From Hyphomicrobiales bacterium (GTDB lineage Bacteria > Pseudomonadota > Alphaproteobacteria > Rhizobiales > UBA4765): a stretch of DNA of 64,000 bases. A model generated the notes under the pieces. The model saw only the letters and a list, made by a program, of their open reading frames with translations. It searched no databases and was not told where the DNA came from. The DNA lies in NCBI GenBank assembly GCA_965247525.1, contig OZ252015.1:1567485-1631484 (forward strand), given 5' to 3'. A program made the translations under genes and the position numbers. Shown here piece by piece: positions 1-9,507 of this stretch (its first letter is position 1; each line of letters opens with the position of its first letter).

Positions 1-2234
1 ACACGAACACGCACCACATGGTGTTTCGTCTTGATGCCGTGGACGCTTACGAGCGAAAGCTGGTCAAGCAGATTGAGGTCGCCTCGATGGAAGTCGAGGG
101 CGGGCACAACAAGGCCTATGTGCGCTTTGTTTCGGCCAGCAACGGCAAGGGACCGGTGACCGCGCGCGTCGAGATCGACGTTCAAGAGGGCCAGCATGTG
201 CGCCGCAAGGAGGTTATCGTTCAGGACGGCGATGATCTTCAGGAGACTACGCGCCGCGCCGTCTATGCCGATTGCCGGATCGGCGAGATCCGCGCCGCGA
301 AGAATGACCAGCTACTCGAAGTGAAGCTTCCGGGCGGCGAGACGTTCCTATTGCCTGGCCAAGCGGTTGGCGATGTGGACGCCGACGCCATGAAGCGGCT
401 GATGATCCGCCGCACGATCCAGGAACATCTGGAAAAGGAAAAGCGCCTCGCGCCGCTGGGCATCAAGGTGTTGAGCCTATTTTTCATCGATGCGGTCGAG
501 CACTACCGGTCCTATGACGAAGACGGCAATCCGGTGAAGGGCAAATACGCGCGCATCTTCGAGGAAGAATACCGGCGAGCCGCGAAGCTCCCGGAGTTCG
601 TAAGCCTCTTTAAGGAGGTTGATCTCACCTCGGAAGCCGAAGAGGTTCACGACGGCTATTTCTCGATCGACAAGGCACGGCGCTGGACCGATACGGCCGA
701 CAACAATCAGGCCGGCCGCGACAACGCCGAGCGCGCCTATAACCTGATCATGAAGGACAAAGAGAAACTGTTGGGCTTCGAGACGAAGCTCAAGTTCATC
801 TTCTCGCATTCAGCCCTGAAGGAGGGCTGGGACAACCCGAACGTCTTTCAGATTTGCGCACTGCGCGAGATGGGCACCGAGCGCGAGCGCCGCCAGACCA
901 TCGGCCGCGGCCTGCGCCTCTGTGTGAACCAGAAGGGCGAGCGCTTGCGTGGCTTCGAGATCAACACGCTGACTGTTATCGCCACCGAGAGCTATGAGGA
1001 GTTCGCCGAGAACCTGCAAAAGGAAATCGAGAAGGACACCGGCATCAAGTTCGGGATCGTCGAGAAGCACCAGTTTGCCGCGATCCCGGTGGCGAAGGCT
1101 GACGGCTCAACCGGCATGCTGGGTTTCGACGAGTCCGCCGCCATCTTCGAGCACCTGAAGACGCAAGGCTTCGTGGATGCCAAAGGAAAGGTGCAGGATG
1201 CCTTGCGCACAGCGTTAAAGGACGGGACGTTTGCGCTTCCGAAGGCCCTGCAAGGTCACCTTGCTGCGGTTCGCGATGTACTGCGGAAGGTCGCCGGTAA
1301 GCTCGATATCAAGAACGCCGATGAGCGCGTCGTCGTTAAAACACGGCAGGCGATCCTTGAGAGCGCCGAGTTCCAGGCGCTCTGGGACAGGATCAAGCAC
1401 AAGACGACCTATCGCGTTCACTTCGACAACGAGAAGCTGATCACCGACTGCGCCAAGGCCATCTCCAATGGCCCGCCGGTCTCCAAAGCTCGTGTGCGGA
1501 TCAGGAAGGCCGATTTGTCCATTGGCCAAGGCGGCGTGGAGGCCAAAGAGCGCGACAAGAACAGCGGCACGATCGTGACAATCGAGGAGGGCGACATTGC
1601 CTTGCCCGACGTGCTGACCGATCTTCAGGACCGCACTCAACTCACGCGCAAGAGCCTCGTGCGTATCCTGACGGAATGCGGGCGGCTGAACGATTTCAAG
1701 CGCAACCCGCAGGCCTTTATCGAAATCGCGGGCGAAGTGATCAACCGCACCAAGCGCTTGGCGCTCGTCGATGGGATCAAATACCAGAAAATCGGCGATT
1801 ACAGCTACTACGCCCAAGAGCTTTTCCAGCAGGAAGAGCTGATGGGCTATCTGAAGAACATGCTGAAGGACGCGACTAAATCGGTCTTCGAGCACGTCGT
1901 CTATGATTCCGGCGGCGTCGAGCGAACGTTTGCCGAGCAGCTTGAGAAGAACGAGTCCGTCAAAATCTACGCCAAGCTTCCGGCGTGGTTCAAAGTCCCG
2001 ACACCGCTTGGCACCTACAATCCCGATTGGGCGGTGCTGGTCGAAGTCAGCGGCGAGGAGCGGCTCTATTTTGTGATTGAAACGAAGGGCAGCCTGTTTA
2101 CCGACGATCTTCGCGACAACGAGGCAGCGAAAATTATCTGTGGCGAGGCCCACTTCAAAGCGCTCGCCACCGATCCAAACCCGGCACGCTATATCAAGGC
2201 GACTAAGATCGACGACTTGATGGAGCACTGCTGA
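1..2234 (+). CDS. res: Type III restriction endonuclease Res subunit, C-terminal part (5' end lies outside the window)
   Basis: The frame is open to the window edge. It has a helicase motif VI-like QTIGRGLR and a C-terminal PD-(D/E)xK-like YNPDWAVLVE...FVIETKGS. Overall it resembles type III Res proteins. Confidence 0.75.
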   Translation, partial: TNTHHMVFRLDAVDAYERKLVKQIEVASMEVEGGHNKAYVRFVSASNGKGPVTARVEIDVQEGQHVRRKEVIVQDGDDLQETTRRAVYADCRIGEIRAAKNDQLLEVKLPGGETFLLPGQAVGDVDADAMKRLMIRRTIQEHLEKEKRLAPLGIKVLSLFFIDAVEHYRSYDEDGNPVKGKYARIFEEEYRRAAKLPEFVSLFKEVDLTSEAEEVHDGYFSIDKARRWTDTADNNQAGRDNAERAYNLIMKDKEKLLGFETKLKFIFSHSALKEGWDNPNVFQICALREMGTERERRQTIGRGLRLCVNQKGERLRGFEINTLTVIATESYEEFAENLQKEIEKDTGIKFGIVEKHQFAAIPVAKADGSTGMLGFDESAAIFEHLKTQGFVDAKGKVQDALRTALKDGTFALPKALQGHLAAVRDVLRKVAGKLDIKNADERVVVKTRQAILESAEFQALWDRIKHKTTYRVHFDNEKLITDCAKAISNGPPVSKARVRIRKADLSIGQGGVEAKERDKNSGTIVTIEEGDIALPDVLTDLQDRTQLTRKSLVRILTECGRLNDFKRNPQAFIEIAGEVINRTKRLALVDGIKYQKIGDYSYYAQELFQQEELMGYLKNMLKDATKSVFEHVVYDSGGVERTFAEQLEKNESVKIYAKLPAWFKVPTPLGTYNPDWAVLVEVSGEERLYFVIETKGSLFTDDLRDNEAAKIICGEAHFKALATDPNPARYIKATKIDDLMEHC

Positions 2235-2288
2235 GTGCAACAGACAGGGCCGTGTGCAAAAACGGAGCCGTGTATAAGGAGGAACCCG

Positions 2289-3221
2289 ATGAGTCAGCCC
2301 GCTGAAGCCTTCGGTCGAACAATTCAGCTTTTCCTTGTCGATGGAACGCCGAACGGCCTGACGATCGCCTCTATACACGGCTGGACGGGATCAGTTCTCG
2401 TTGCTGCCCAATCAACATTTGCAAAGCTGCTTGCGCGACCGGAGGTGGATCGGACTGGCGTATACATCCTGTTCGGACCCGATCCGGCAGATGCGCTTTC
2501 CATGCGGGCTTATATCGGCGAAGCAGACAGCGTTCGCGATCGTATCGCGCAAAGCGCGGCAGATCGGGGCTTTTGGGAAACCGCGGTTGTGATCACAACC
2601 AGCGACGAAGCTCTCACAAAGGGTCATGTCCGCTATCTGGAAGCGCGACTGATTGAACTCGCGATCAGCGCCGGGCGGGTAAGCCTAGACAACGGCCAGG
2701 CGCCGAGCGCTGACAAGCGCAGAATGCCAGAGTCCGACCGGGCGAACATGGAGGCATTCCTCGCGAATCTGAAAACCGTTTTGCCGGTGATTGGCTTGGA
2801 TTTGCTCAAGCCGCGCCCCGTCTCAGCGACCAAAGCGGCCGGGCAGACAACGGCTGTGAACGAGACAAGGTTCGAGATACGCCACAAGAGCGGGGTCAAA
2901 GCGACCGGTGTCGAGGAAGAAGGCGAGTTTGTTGTCCTTCAAGGCAGTGAAGCACTCAAGGACGCCGGCTATCAGGGCACGAACTCCTATGGCGAGCTGA
3001 AGCAAGAGCTCATCGCTCAAGGTGTACTCGGCGCGACGCCTGAAGCGAAGTTCTACACATTCGCCAAACCTTACGCGTTCAAGAGCCCGTCGGCTGCCGC
3101 CGCAGTTGTCCTCGATCGCAATTCCAATGGACGCTCGGAATGGAAGGTTGTTGGATCAAAGCTAACCTACCATCAATGGCAGGAAGAGAAGGCCCAGTTG
3201 TCGGGGAACCCGACACCTTAA
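2289..3221 (+). CDS. GIY-YIG nuclease family protein with a DUF4357-like C-terminal domain
   Basis: ATG at 2289 follows an AAGGAGG RBS. Motifs GVYILFGP...AYIGEADSVRDRI and HVRYLEARLIEL are present. The C-terminal AFKSPSAAAAVVLDRNSNGRSEWK is typical of DUF4357. Confidence 0.75.
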   Translation: MSQPAEAFGRTIQLFLVDGTPNGLTIASIHGWTGSVLVAAQSTFAKLLARPEVDRTGVYILFGPDPADALSMRAYIGEADSVRDRIAQSAADRGFWETAVVITTSDEALTKGHVRYLEARLIELAISAGRVSLDNGQAPSADKRRMPESDRANMEAFLANLKTVLPVIGLDLLKPRPVSATKAAGQTTAVNETRFEIRHKSGVKATGVEEEGEFVVLQGSEALKDAGYQGTNSYGELKQELIAQGVLGATPEAKFYTFAKPYAFKSPSAAAAVVLDRNSNGRSEWKVVGSKLTYHQWQEEKAQLSGNPTP

Positions 3222-3463
3222 CCGTTGCAAGCTCGCGCCTGATCGCGCAGCCGGGCGTAGTCCAGCATCGCCTGTTCGAGCGCCGCGCCGGGTGGCAGGC
3301 GTTGGATTTCGTCGGCCAGCCGTGCCTGGAAGGCGCGATCATAGGCAGCGACCGGCGGGCAGACGATGGACGGCCTAAAAGGTGCCGTCGCGCAGGCGGT
3401 CAGCGAGAGCGTCGCGATCACGAGGAGCGGCAGCGCCCGCTTCGAGCATCCGGCCTTTGGCAT
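3218..3463 (-). CDS. Phage o-spanin (outer-membrane lipoprotein, Rz1-like)
   Basis: Internal ATG at 3463 of ORF 3218..3604 gives MPKAGCSKRALPLLVIATLSLTAC with lipobox L-T-A-C. It starts inside the i-spanin gene in another frame. Confidence 0.6.
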   Translation of the reverse strand: MPKAGCSKRALPLLVIATLSLTACATAPFRPSIVCPPVAAYDRAFQARLADEIQRLPPGAALEQAMLDYARLRDQARACNG

Positions 3464-3608
3464 CGGAGGCCTCCTTCTGGGATTTGAGTTCGGCCTCGCG
3501 GGCTTTGGCCGCCTCGGCGGCGGCGCCCGCCTTGCGGCCAGCGGCGAAGATCGCCGCGGTGGCGATGACCACCGCGACGATGAGGACAAGAGCGAACCAG
3601 CCAATCAC
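3375..3608 (-). CDS. Phage i-spanin (Rz-like, N-terminal TM plus helical periplasmic part)
   Basis: 77 aa with an N-terminal TM (WFALVLIVAVVIATAAIFAA) followed by a charged Ala/Glu/Lys-rich helix. The GTG start overlaps the holin-like stop (GTGA). It sits at the end of the lysis cassette. Confidence 0.55.
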   Translation of the reverse strand: MIGWFALVLIVAVVIATAAIFAAGRKAGAAAEAAKAREAELKSQKEASDAKGRMLEAGAAAPRDRDALADRLRDGTF

Positions 3609-3802
3609 TTGTTCGCCCCGGTGATCCCGGCCCGCAGGGTGCCGAGACCGAGCGCGGCGAGGATCTGGGTGAGCCAGTCTGAACCGACATCGACGCCCGG
3701 CACGTCAATGCCGAGGCCCTTCTCGACGACCACGACGAGAACGAGCACGGCGGCGATGATGTAGGTGCGGTAGCCCGCACCGAACTGAAGAACGGCGTTC
3801 AT
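3605..3802 (-). CDS. Holin-like small membrane protein
   Basis: 65 aa with hydrophobic segments and an AAGGAG RBS. It lies between the endolysin and the spanins. Confidence 0.5.
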   Translation of the reverse strand: MNAVLQFGAGYRTYIIAAVLVLVVVVEKGLGIDVPGVDVGSDWLTQILAALGLGTLRAGITGANK

Positions 3803-3826
3803 AGAAATCTCCTTGGTTGGGTTGGA

Positions 3827-4396
3827 TCAGGCCTCGTTGACGGAGAGGCTTCCGCTCGCAGCGAGAGGGATCGGGCGGACGTTTGCGGGCTGGGCGCGGT
3901 AAGACGGGCGGCGCACCGCGACGAGCCGGTTGCGCGACAGCCGCGTGATCGAGACGCGATCGGATTGATTGCCGCCGAGAACGTGGAAGGCGCTCGCGTC
4001 GTGGCCGACATAGAGGCCGACATGCCCGCCGCCCTTGCGCTTGAAGACGAGCACATCGCCGAGTGCCGCAGCGCCCTTCGGAACCGACGTGCCGAACGAC
4101 GCCCATTCGAGCGCTGCCAGATAGAGTTTCGGAGGGTTGCGCTCGGAGCGGCGTTCGATGTTCGCGCGATGAGCCACGATTGCCATGAACAGGCCGCACC
4201 ACGGGATCGCGTCGTGGCGATAGACGCCGGCATAGATGCGGCCGAGACCGGCGGCTTCGAGTTCGTCTTGCCAGCCGATGATCTTCGGATTGTCGGCTTC
4301 GCCTGGCACTTCGAGCGTGCCGTAATGCTTCAGCGCTTCGATGATCATGCGCGGGCCGGGCTCGGCTTCGAGCCAGCGGTATTGGGCAGGCAGCAT
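3827..4396 (-). CDS. Endolysin, TIGR02594-type CHAP/NlpC-P60-like peptidoglycan hydrolase
   Basis: AGGAGG RBS. Catalytic-type motifs IPWCGLFM (Cys) and GGGHVGLYVG (His) are present. It resembles the phage-associated TIGR02594 family. Confidence 0.75.
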   Translation of the reverse strand: MLPAQYRWLEAEPGPRMIIEALKHYGTLEVPGEADNPKIIGWQDELEAAGLGRIYAGVYRHDAIPWCGLFMAIVAHRANIERRSERNPPKLYLAALEWASFGTSVPKGAAALGDVLVFKRKGGGHVGLYVGHDASAFHVLGGNQSDRVSITRLSRNRLVAVRRPSYRAQPANVRPIPLAASGSLSVNEA

Positions 4397-4416
4397 TGCG
4401 ACCTCCTGAAACGACG

Positions 4417-4439
4417 AAGCCCGCCGGAGGGGCGGGCTT
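4417..4439 (-). terminator. Candidate hairpin between the hypothetical gene and the endolysin gene
   Basis: Arms AAGCCCGCC and GGCGGGCTT (9 bp) with a 5-nt loop. The T tract is weak. Confidence 0.3.
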
Positions 4440-4473
4440 TCGGTCGGGTTGCGGTTGGGTTGAGGGCGGCGGA

Positions 4474-4812
4474 TCAGGCGTGCTTGCGCCCGTCCTCGTT
4501 GGCTTCGATCCGGTCGATGCGTTCCCGGAATTCGATCAGCGTTGCCTTGATCTGGGCGATGTCGCCGCGCGCATCGGCGACGGCGCGACGCCCGGCGATG
4601 TCGTTGCCGATATCGGCTTTCAACTGGGCCACGTCCTTACCAACGGTCATGAAGCTGGCGTCGATCATGGTGAAGCGGTGCGAGAGCCACCACGACACGC
4701 GAACGAGGAAGACAATCAGGACAAGCAGTTCGATGACGATGCTGCCGACGACGACCCAAGTGAGCGTGAGCGCTTCAGGGGCGACAGCGATTGAAGGTGT
4801 TGACGGGTTCAT
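4474..4812 (-). CDS. Hypothetical phage membrane-anchored coiled-coil protein
   Basis: AGGAG RBS. One TM (WVVVGSIVIELLVLIVFLV) followed by a helical heptad-like C-terminus. Confidence 0.5.
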   Translation of the reverse strand: MNPSTPSIAVAPEALTLTWVVVGSIVIELLVLIVFLVRVSWWLSHRFTMIDASFMTVGKDVAQLKADIGNDIAGRRAVADARGDIAQIKATLIEFRERIDRIEANEDGRKHA

Positions 4813-4827
4813 GGGGCGCTCCTGTTC

Positions 4828-5526
4828 TCACGAGGTCGGGGCGGTAAAGGCGAGCGCGTAAAGGACGACGCGCACCTTGCCGCCGGTGAAGTTGCCGCCG
4901 GCCGCGGTAACGCGGATCGGCGTGTTGGCGTAGAAGGCGGACGGCCCAATCACGCCGATATTGTTCGAGCCGAGCGCGATGCCGAGCGAGCCGCCGAACT
5001 GGCTGGTGTTGCCCGCCACACCGACGCCGTAGGAGGTCGCGCCGGTGATCGCCTGCGTCGTGCGCGAGGCAACGGCGAGCACGATCATGCGGTCGGCGAT
5101 CACGGCGGTGGTAGCATCGACGAAGGCGCCGGTGAGCGTCAGTTCCTGTTCAAGCGCCACGAGCCGGATAGCGCCGCCGTTCGCGGTGCCGACGATCCGG
5201 TCGCGCCAGGCGCCATCGGTCCAGGCGACGGTGAGGCGCTCGTCCTCGACATGGACGCGCCAGCCGACGACGGGCACAAAGAACGCCCATGCGCCCTCGC
5301 GCCAGAAGGCGATCTTGTCGGTCTGGCCTGCCCAGACGCCGGTTGCGCCGGATGGCACGATCCAGCGGTCGCCATTTGCCGGGCTTCCCGGCGGTGTCGC
5401 CAGCGCCCGGCTCTTGACGCTGGTTTGCACAAGCGCATCGAGGCGCAGCAGCGCATCGTTGTGGGCGATCTCCTTCTGCGCCTGTCCTTGCGCGAGCGTG
5501 GGCAGGCCGAGATTCGGCGTCGGCAT
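4828..5526 (-). CDS. DUF2793 domain protein (GTA/phage distal tail-associated)
   Basis: N-terminal LGLPTLAQGQAQKEIAHNDALLRLDALV is typical of DUF2793. It lies downstream of the host-specificity protein. Confidence 0.7.
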   Translation of the reverse strand: MPTPNLGLPTLAQGQAQKEIAHNDALLRLDALVQTSVKSRALATPPGSPANGDRWIVPSGATGVWAGQTDKIAFWREGAWAFFVPVVGWRVHVEDERLTVAWTDGAWRDRIVGTANGGAIRLVALEQELTLTGAFVDATTAVIADRMIVLAVASRTTQAITGATSYGVGVAGNTSQFGGSLGIALGSNNIGVIGPSAFYANTPIRVTAAGGNFTGGKVRVVLYALAFTAPTS

Positions 5527-5538
5527 TGGTGTGATCCT

Positions 5539-8500
5539 TCAGATGATGGCGGAGCCCGGCCAGCCACGCCCGACGGAGGCGGAGAGCTGGTAGACGCGCA
5601 CCGAGACCGAGCTTTGCGCCGATCCGAAATCCGCGACTTGCTGGGCGGTGGAATAGCTGGCGGTCGGCGTGGTCGTGGGAAAAGTGCGGACGACGATTGC
5701 GCCGTTCATCACATCGACCTCGTAGCGCTCGCTTTCCTCGTTGAGCGGAACATCGACGCCATCGGCCCAGACGCCGCCGAAGCGGGTGCGCCGAACCCAT
5801 GTGATGGTGAGATCGCCGCCGCCATTTCGCGCGCCCGCGATCTGGACCGGCGACCACGGCATGCGGCCGACGGCTTTCGCGGAGAAGGTCGTCTGCTGCC
5901 AGGCGGGATCGGCGAAATCGAGCGCTTGCGGTCCCCACCGGTAGAAGCGGGCGGCGAGACGTTCGGCAGGCTTGCCGTCGATCTTGGCGACAGCCTCGTT
6001 CAGCAGAACCACCGGCGCGCCGAGGGCCAGCGGCGAACGGATGGCGTGTTCGGTGCCGAGGCGTCCGCGCAGCAGCTTCGTAAGCCGATAGGTCTGCGAT
6101 CCGGTCAGGACCGCATCGGCGAACTGGACGATCTCCCAATCGCCGTCGGGCGTGCCGAGCGCCAGGCTGTTTGTGCCGCCGCTCAGGATCGTGTCGGGTG
6201 TGGCACTCGCCAATTCGCCTGCATAGAGCTTCAGCTCGAGGACGGAACCTTCGTCCCAATACTCCGTCGGCCCGGCGGAAAGCGGCTGGATGGTTTCGCC
6301 AACGGTGGCCCGCACGGCCAGTGTCGTGTCGAGCGCAAAGTCGGACCCGGTGGCGCTGTCCATCACCACAACGCCGCCCCAGGGCAAGGCGGAGGCTGCG
6401 GCATAGGGCGAAAATCCGTCGTCAGTGTCCCGCAGCAACGGCAGGTCCATCAGCCGCAAGACCGCTGCGCCATAGATCGGCGGCGGTGTCAGAGTCGGCG
6501 GCGCGATGCCGTTCAGCGGCGGTGCATAGATTGCCGCTTCCGCGCGCACCGCTTCGGCTTCGCGCGCGCCCTTGTCGAGCACGCGAGTCAGCCGGAACGA
6601 TCGCGCCCGGCCGTTGATGACGAGATCGATCACGTCGCCCGGATCGAGTGCGATGCGTGACGGCGGCAGGGTCAGTTGCGCGGTCTCGCGGGCAACCCAT
6701 GCTTCCACCAGTGCGCGATCGGCGATCGATTGCGCCTGAACCTGATCCATCACCAGCGCCAGCCGCAGATCGCTCTTGCGCTCGGAATAACCGGCAAGCC
6801 TCGTCGCAGAGACCGCGCCGGATTTGTATTCGTCCACCGCATCGGTGAAGCCGACCGCCACCTCGTTCGGCAGTTCGGTTTCCTGTCCGCGCGTCAGCGT
6901 GATCTCTTCGCCCTGATCAGGCACGGCGAGTTCCGGCAAGGTCAGCGTTGCGACCGAGGCCCGCCCGCGCGGCACGAAGCGGATCACGCCGTCGGCTTCG
7001 ACCGCATCGAAGGAATAGGCGGACGCCAGCGCTTCGATCTCGGCGCGCGGGCTCATGGGCCTGTCGCGCAGATATCCGGTGACGACGCCGACCAGCGCCG
7101 ACACATCGTAAGCCGTGAAGCCGACGCGCCTGCAGCGTTCGGCCACGAGCGCCGCGAGATCGGCAAGGCCGACCTTGCCGTTCAGCCAATGGCCGAGCGG
7201 ATAGAGATCACCGTCCGACCAGAGATCGGCGCGGCCCGGCCAGGCAGGATAGGGCCGTGCGTCCCATGTCCAGATGCCGAAGGCCTCAATCATCCGGCCG
7301 CTATAGACGCCAGAAGTCGGGTTATTGGCGCCTGAAGGCGCCCAATAAGCGAGAACCGCTTCGAGCGCGCGCCGCTGGATCAGATCGTCGCGCGTGCCCT
7401 TCGAGAAGTAGGGCAGGAAGCTCTCGGACGACTTCGGATCATAGAAGACGTTGGGCTGGTTCGCGCCCTTGTCGGCCGAGGGCACGCCGAGTTCGCAAAA
7501 CCAGATCGGCTTCATCTGCGCGAGCCACGCCGTCGGCGAACCGCTTTCGACGCCGCCCGGGCGGTCGTAGTGCCGGTTAAGCCACCAGTTCCGCAGATCC
7601 TTCGAGCGGAACACCCAGGGCTTGCCATAGGCGCCGTCGGTGATTGTGGTGCGGCTCTGATTGTTGCGGGCGGTGTCGCTGGCATAGAACCAGCTGAAGA
7701 ACTCGCCGCCTTCGATGTTCGATTGCAGATGGGCGCGATCATAGATCGACGGCGCGCCTGCGATGCGGTCGAGGTGGCCGGTGCCGTCGCGCCAATCGGC
7801 GAGCGGCGCGTACCAGTCGATCCCGACGAAATCGATGTTGCTGTCGGCCCACAGCGGATCGAGATGGAAAAAGACATCGTTCGAACCGTCGGCGAGCCGA
7901 TAACCGTTGTAGTCAGACCAGTCGGCGGCGTAGCTCACTTTCACACCGCCACCAAGAATACCCTTCACATCGGCGGCGAGGGTCTTCAGCCGGGCGACGG
8001 TAGGGAAGTTGGTGGCGCTGTCGCGGACCGAACAGAGCGCCCGGAACTCCGATCCGATCAGGAAGGCGTCGATGGTCCCGGCATCGATCGCGTTCACTGC
8101 CGAGCAGAGCTTGGCATAGTGAAGGATAAACCGGCGCAGGCCCCATTCGGCCGGGCCGGAATAGTTGGTCGTCACAGCATCAGTGCTGGCGTTGACCGAC
8201 ACTGAGACGTGTGACGCGAGGCAGGTGCCGAAGAAGGCCGCAACCTGCGTTCCCGCCGTCGCGGTCTTGTCTACCGTGCCGGGTTGACCGGCGGCCGGGT
8301 GGCAGGTGATCCGCCCACGCCAAGGATAGACGGGCTGGCCGGTGCCGCCATAGGGGTTCGGCAGCGCATTGCCGGCGGGCACGTCCATGAACACGAACGG
8401 ATAGAAGACGACGGCATAACCGCGGCCTTTCAGATCGCGGATGGCGCGAACGACGGTATCGTCCGACGGCGTGCCGCCATAGGCGGGCTTACCCGCGCTG

Positions 8501-9489
8501 AGCGACATCACGAGCGCGCCAGATCGCGCAAGGCCGTGAACCATCCAGGCGTCGGGCGTCGTTACTTTGTTGGCGACCTCGACCTTCGGGCGGATCGTGC
8601 AGGAGCCGCAGCGCAGATCGTCGCCGAACCAGCCGACCACCAGAAACACCGTATCGACGTTGGGTAGCGAGGCTTTCAGATCATCCAGCGCCACCGACCA
8701 GTCCGATGTCGAGCGCCCGGCGCTGTCGTTCTCGGGCGTGGTCGAGCCGCCGCCGAGATCGCGCTTCTGGACCTTGGTGTCATAGGCACGCTCGCCCGCG
8801 CCCGGAATCATGGTCACGGCGCGCACGATGGTCTCAAGGCTGTCGCCGGATGTGGAAGAGACGCGCCGGAACACCTCGAAGGTCAGCTGCGGCAGGCGGT
8901 TGCCGAACTTTTCCAGCGCGAGATTGTCGAAGACCACATAGGCGGTGCCGCGATAGGCGGGCGCATTACCGGTGCCTTCGACGCCTTCGATCAGCGGATC
9001 GGGCGACTGGCTCGTCGTGCCGCGATAAATCCGCATGGTGATGCCAGCGAGCGAGAGCGGCTTGCCGTCGGCCCAGATACGTCCGATCCGGTCGATCGGC
9101 CCTTCGCACAGCCCGACGGCGAAGTTCGCGAAATAGGAATAGGTGGTGGACGTGACCGATCCGCCGCCACCGCCGCCGCCCTTGCCGCCGCCTGAGCGCT
9201 GCGTGGTCGTGGTCGCTACTTCCTTGAACTTGGTCGCCCAGATGATCTGGCCCGCGATCCGCACCCGCCCGGCGATCTCGGGGATCGCCGCGCCCTCGGT
9301 TGAGGCCTGAACCTGCAAGCTGTCGAGGCGAGGCCCTTCCTGCGTCGTGTTGCCCATCGACGGGCCGAACAGCCGGTTGTCGATGAAGCTGCCGACAGCG
9401 GTTGCCGCAGCCGCTGCCGCGATCTGGACAAACGCCGAGGCGCCCGCCGTCAGCGCGGAGGCCGCGGCGGTGAGAAGCAGAACGGCCAT
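5539..9489 (-). CDS. Phage host-specificity / baseplate megaprotein (RcGTA g15-like, glycoside-hydrolase TIM-barrel-like centre)
   Basis: 1316 aa. It follows the DUF2460-DUF2163-NlpC/P60 trio, as in RcGTA-type clusters. A G-rich stretch SGGGKGGGGGGGS lies near the N-terminus. Confidence 0.8.
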   Translation of the reverse strand: MAVLLLTAAASALTAGASAFVQIAAAAAATAVGSFIDNRLFGPSMGNTTQEGPRLDSLQVQASTEGAAIPEIAGRVRIAGQIIWATKFKEVATTTTQRSGGGKGGGGGGGSVTSTTYSYFANFAVGLCEGPIDRIGRIWADGKPLSLAGITMRIYRGTTSQSPDPLIEGVEGTGNAPAYRGTAYVVFDNLALEKFGNRLPQLTFEVFRRVSSTSGDSLETIVRAVTMIPGAGERAYDTKVQKRDLGGGSTTPENDSAGRSTSDWSVALDDLKASLPNVDTVFLVVGWFGDDLRCGSCTIRPKVEVANKVTTPDAWMVHGLARSGALVMSLSAGKPAYGGTPSDDTVVRAIRDLKGRGYAVVFYPFVFMDVPAGNALPNPYGGTGQPVYPWRGRITCHPAAGQPGTVDKTATAGTQVAAFFGTCLASHVSVSVNASTDAVTTNYSGPAEWGLRRFILHYAKLCSAVNAIDAGTIDAFLIGSEFRALCSVRDSATNFPTVARLKTLAADVKGILGGGVKVSYAADWSDYNGYRLADGSNDVFFHLDPLWADSNIDFVGIDWYAPLADWRDGTGHLDRIAGAPSIYDRAHLQSNIEGGEFFSWFYASDTARNNQSRTTITDGAYGKPWVFRSKDLRNWWLNRHYDRPGGVESGSPTAWLAQMKPIWFCELGVPSADKGANQPNVFYDPKSSESFLPYFSKGTRDDLIQRRALEAVLAYWAPSGANNPTSGVYSGRMIEAFGIWTWDARPYPAWPGRADLWSDGDLYPLGHWLNGKVGLADLAALVAERCRRVGFTAYDVSALVGVVTGYLRDRPMSPRAEIEALASAYSFDAVEADGVIRFVPRGRASVATLTLPELAVPDQGEEITLTRGQETELPNEVAVGFTDAVDEYKSGAVSATRLAGYSERKSDLRLALVMDQVQAQSIADRALVEAWVARETAQLTLPPSRIALDPGDVIDLVINGRARSFRLTRVLDKGAREAEAVRAEAAIYAPPLNGIAPPTLTPPPIYGAAVLRLMDLPLLRDTDDGFSPYAAASALPWGGVVVMDSATGSDFALDTTLAVRATVGETIQPLSAGPTEYWDEGSVLELKLYAGELASATPDTILSGGTNSLALGTPDGDWEIVQFADAVLTGSQTYRLTKLLRGRLGTEHAIRSPLALGAPVVLLNEAVAKIDGKPAERLAARFYRWGPQALDFADPAWQQTTFSAKAVGRMPWSPVQIAGARNGGGDLTITWVRRTRFGGVWADGVDVPLNEESERYEVDVMNGAIVVRTFPTTTPTASYSTAQQVADFGSAQSSVSVRVYQLSASVGRGWPGSAII

Positions 9490-9507
9490 TTGAGGATCAA
9501 GTCCGGA

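Noticed and set aside
1215-2378. A long antisense ORF (387 aa) opposite the res gene. Many similar ORFs occur in the GC-rich part, for example 5150..6259(-), 5251..6660(+), 20363..21442(+), 22174..23220(+), 32163..33647(+) and 34799..36136(+).
   Set aside because: They overlap genes with clear family motifs. Their products are Arg/Ala/Gly/Pro-rich low-complexity sequence, typical of stop-poor off-frames in GC-rich DNA. They have no RBS or motif support.
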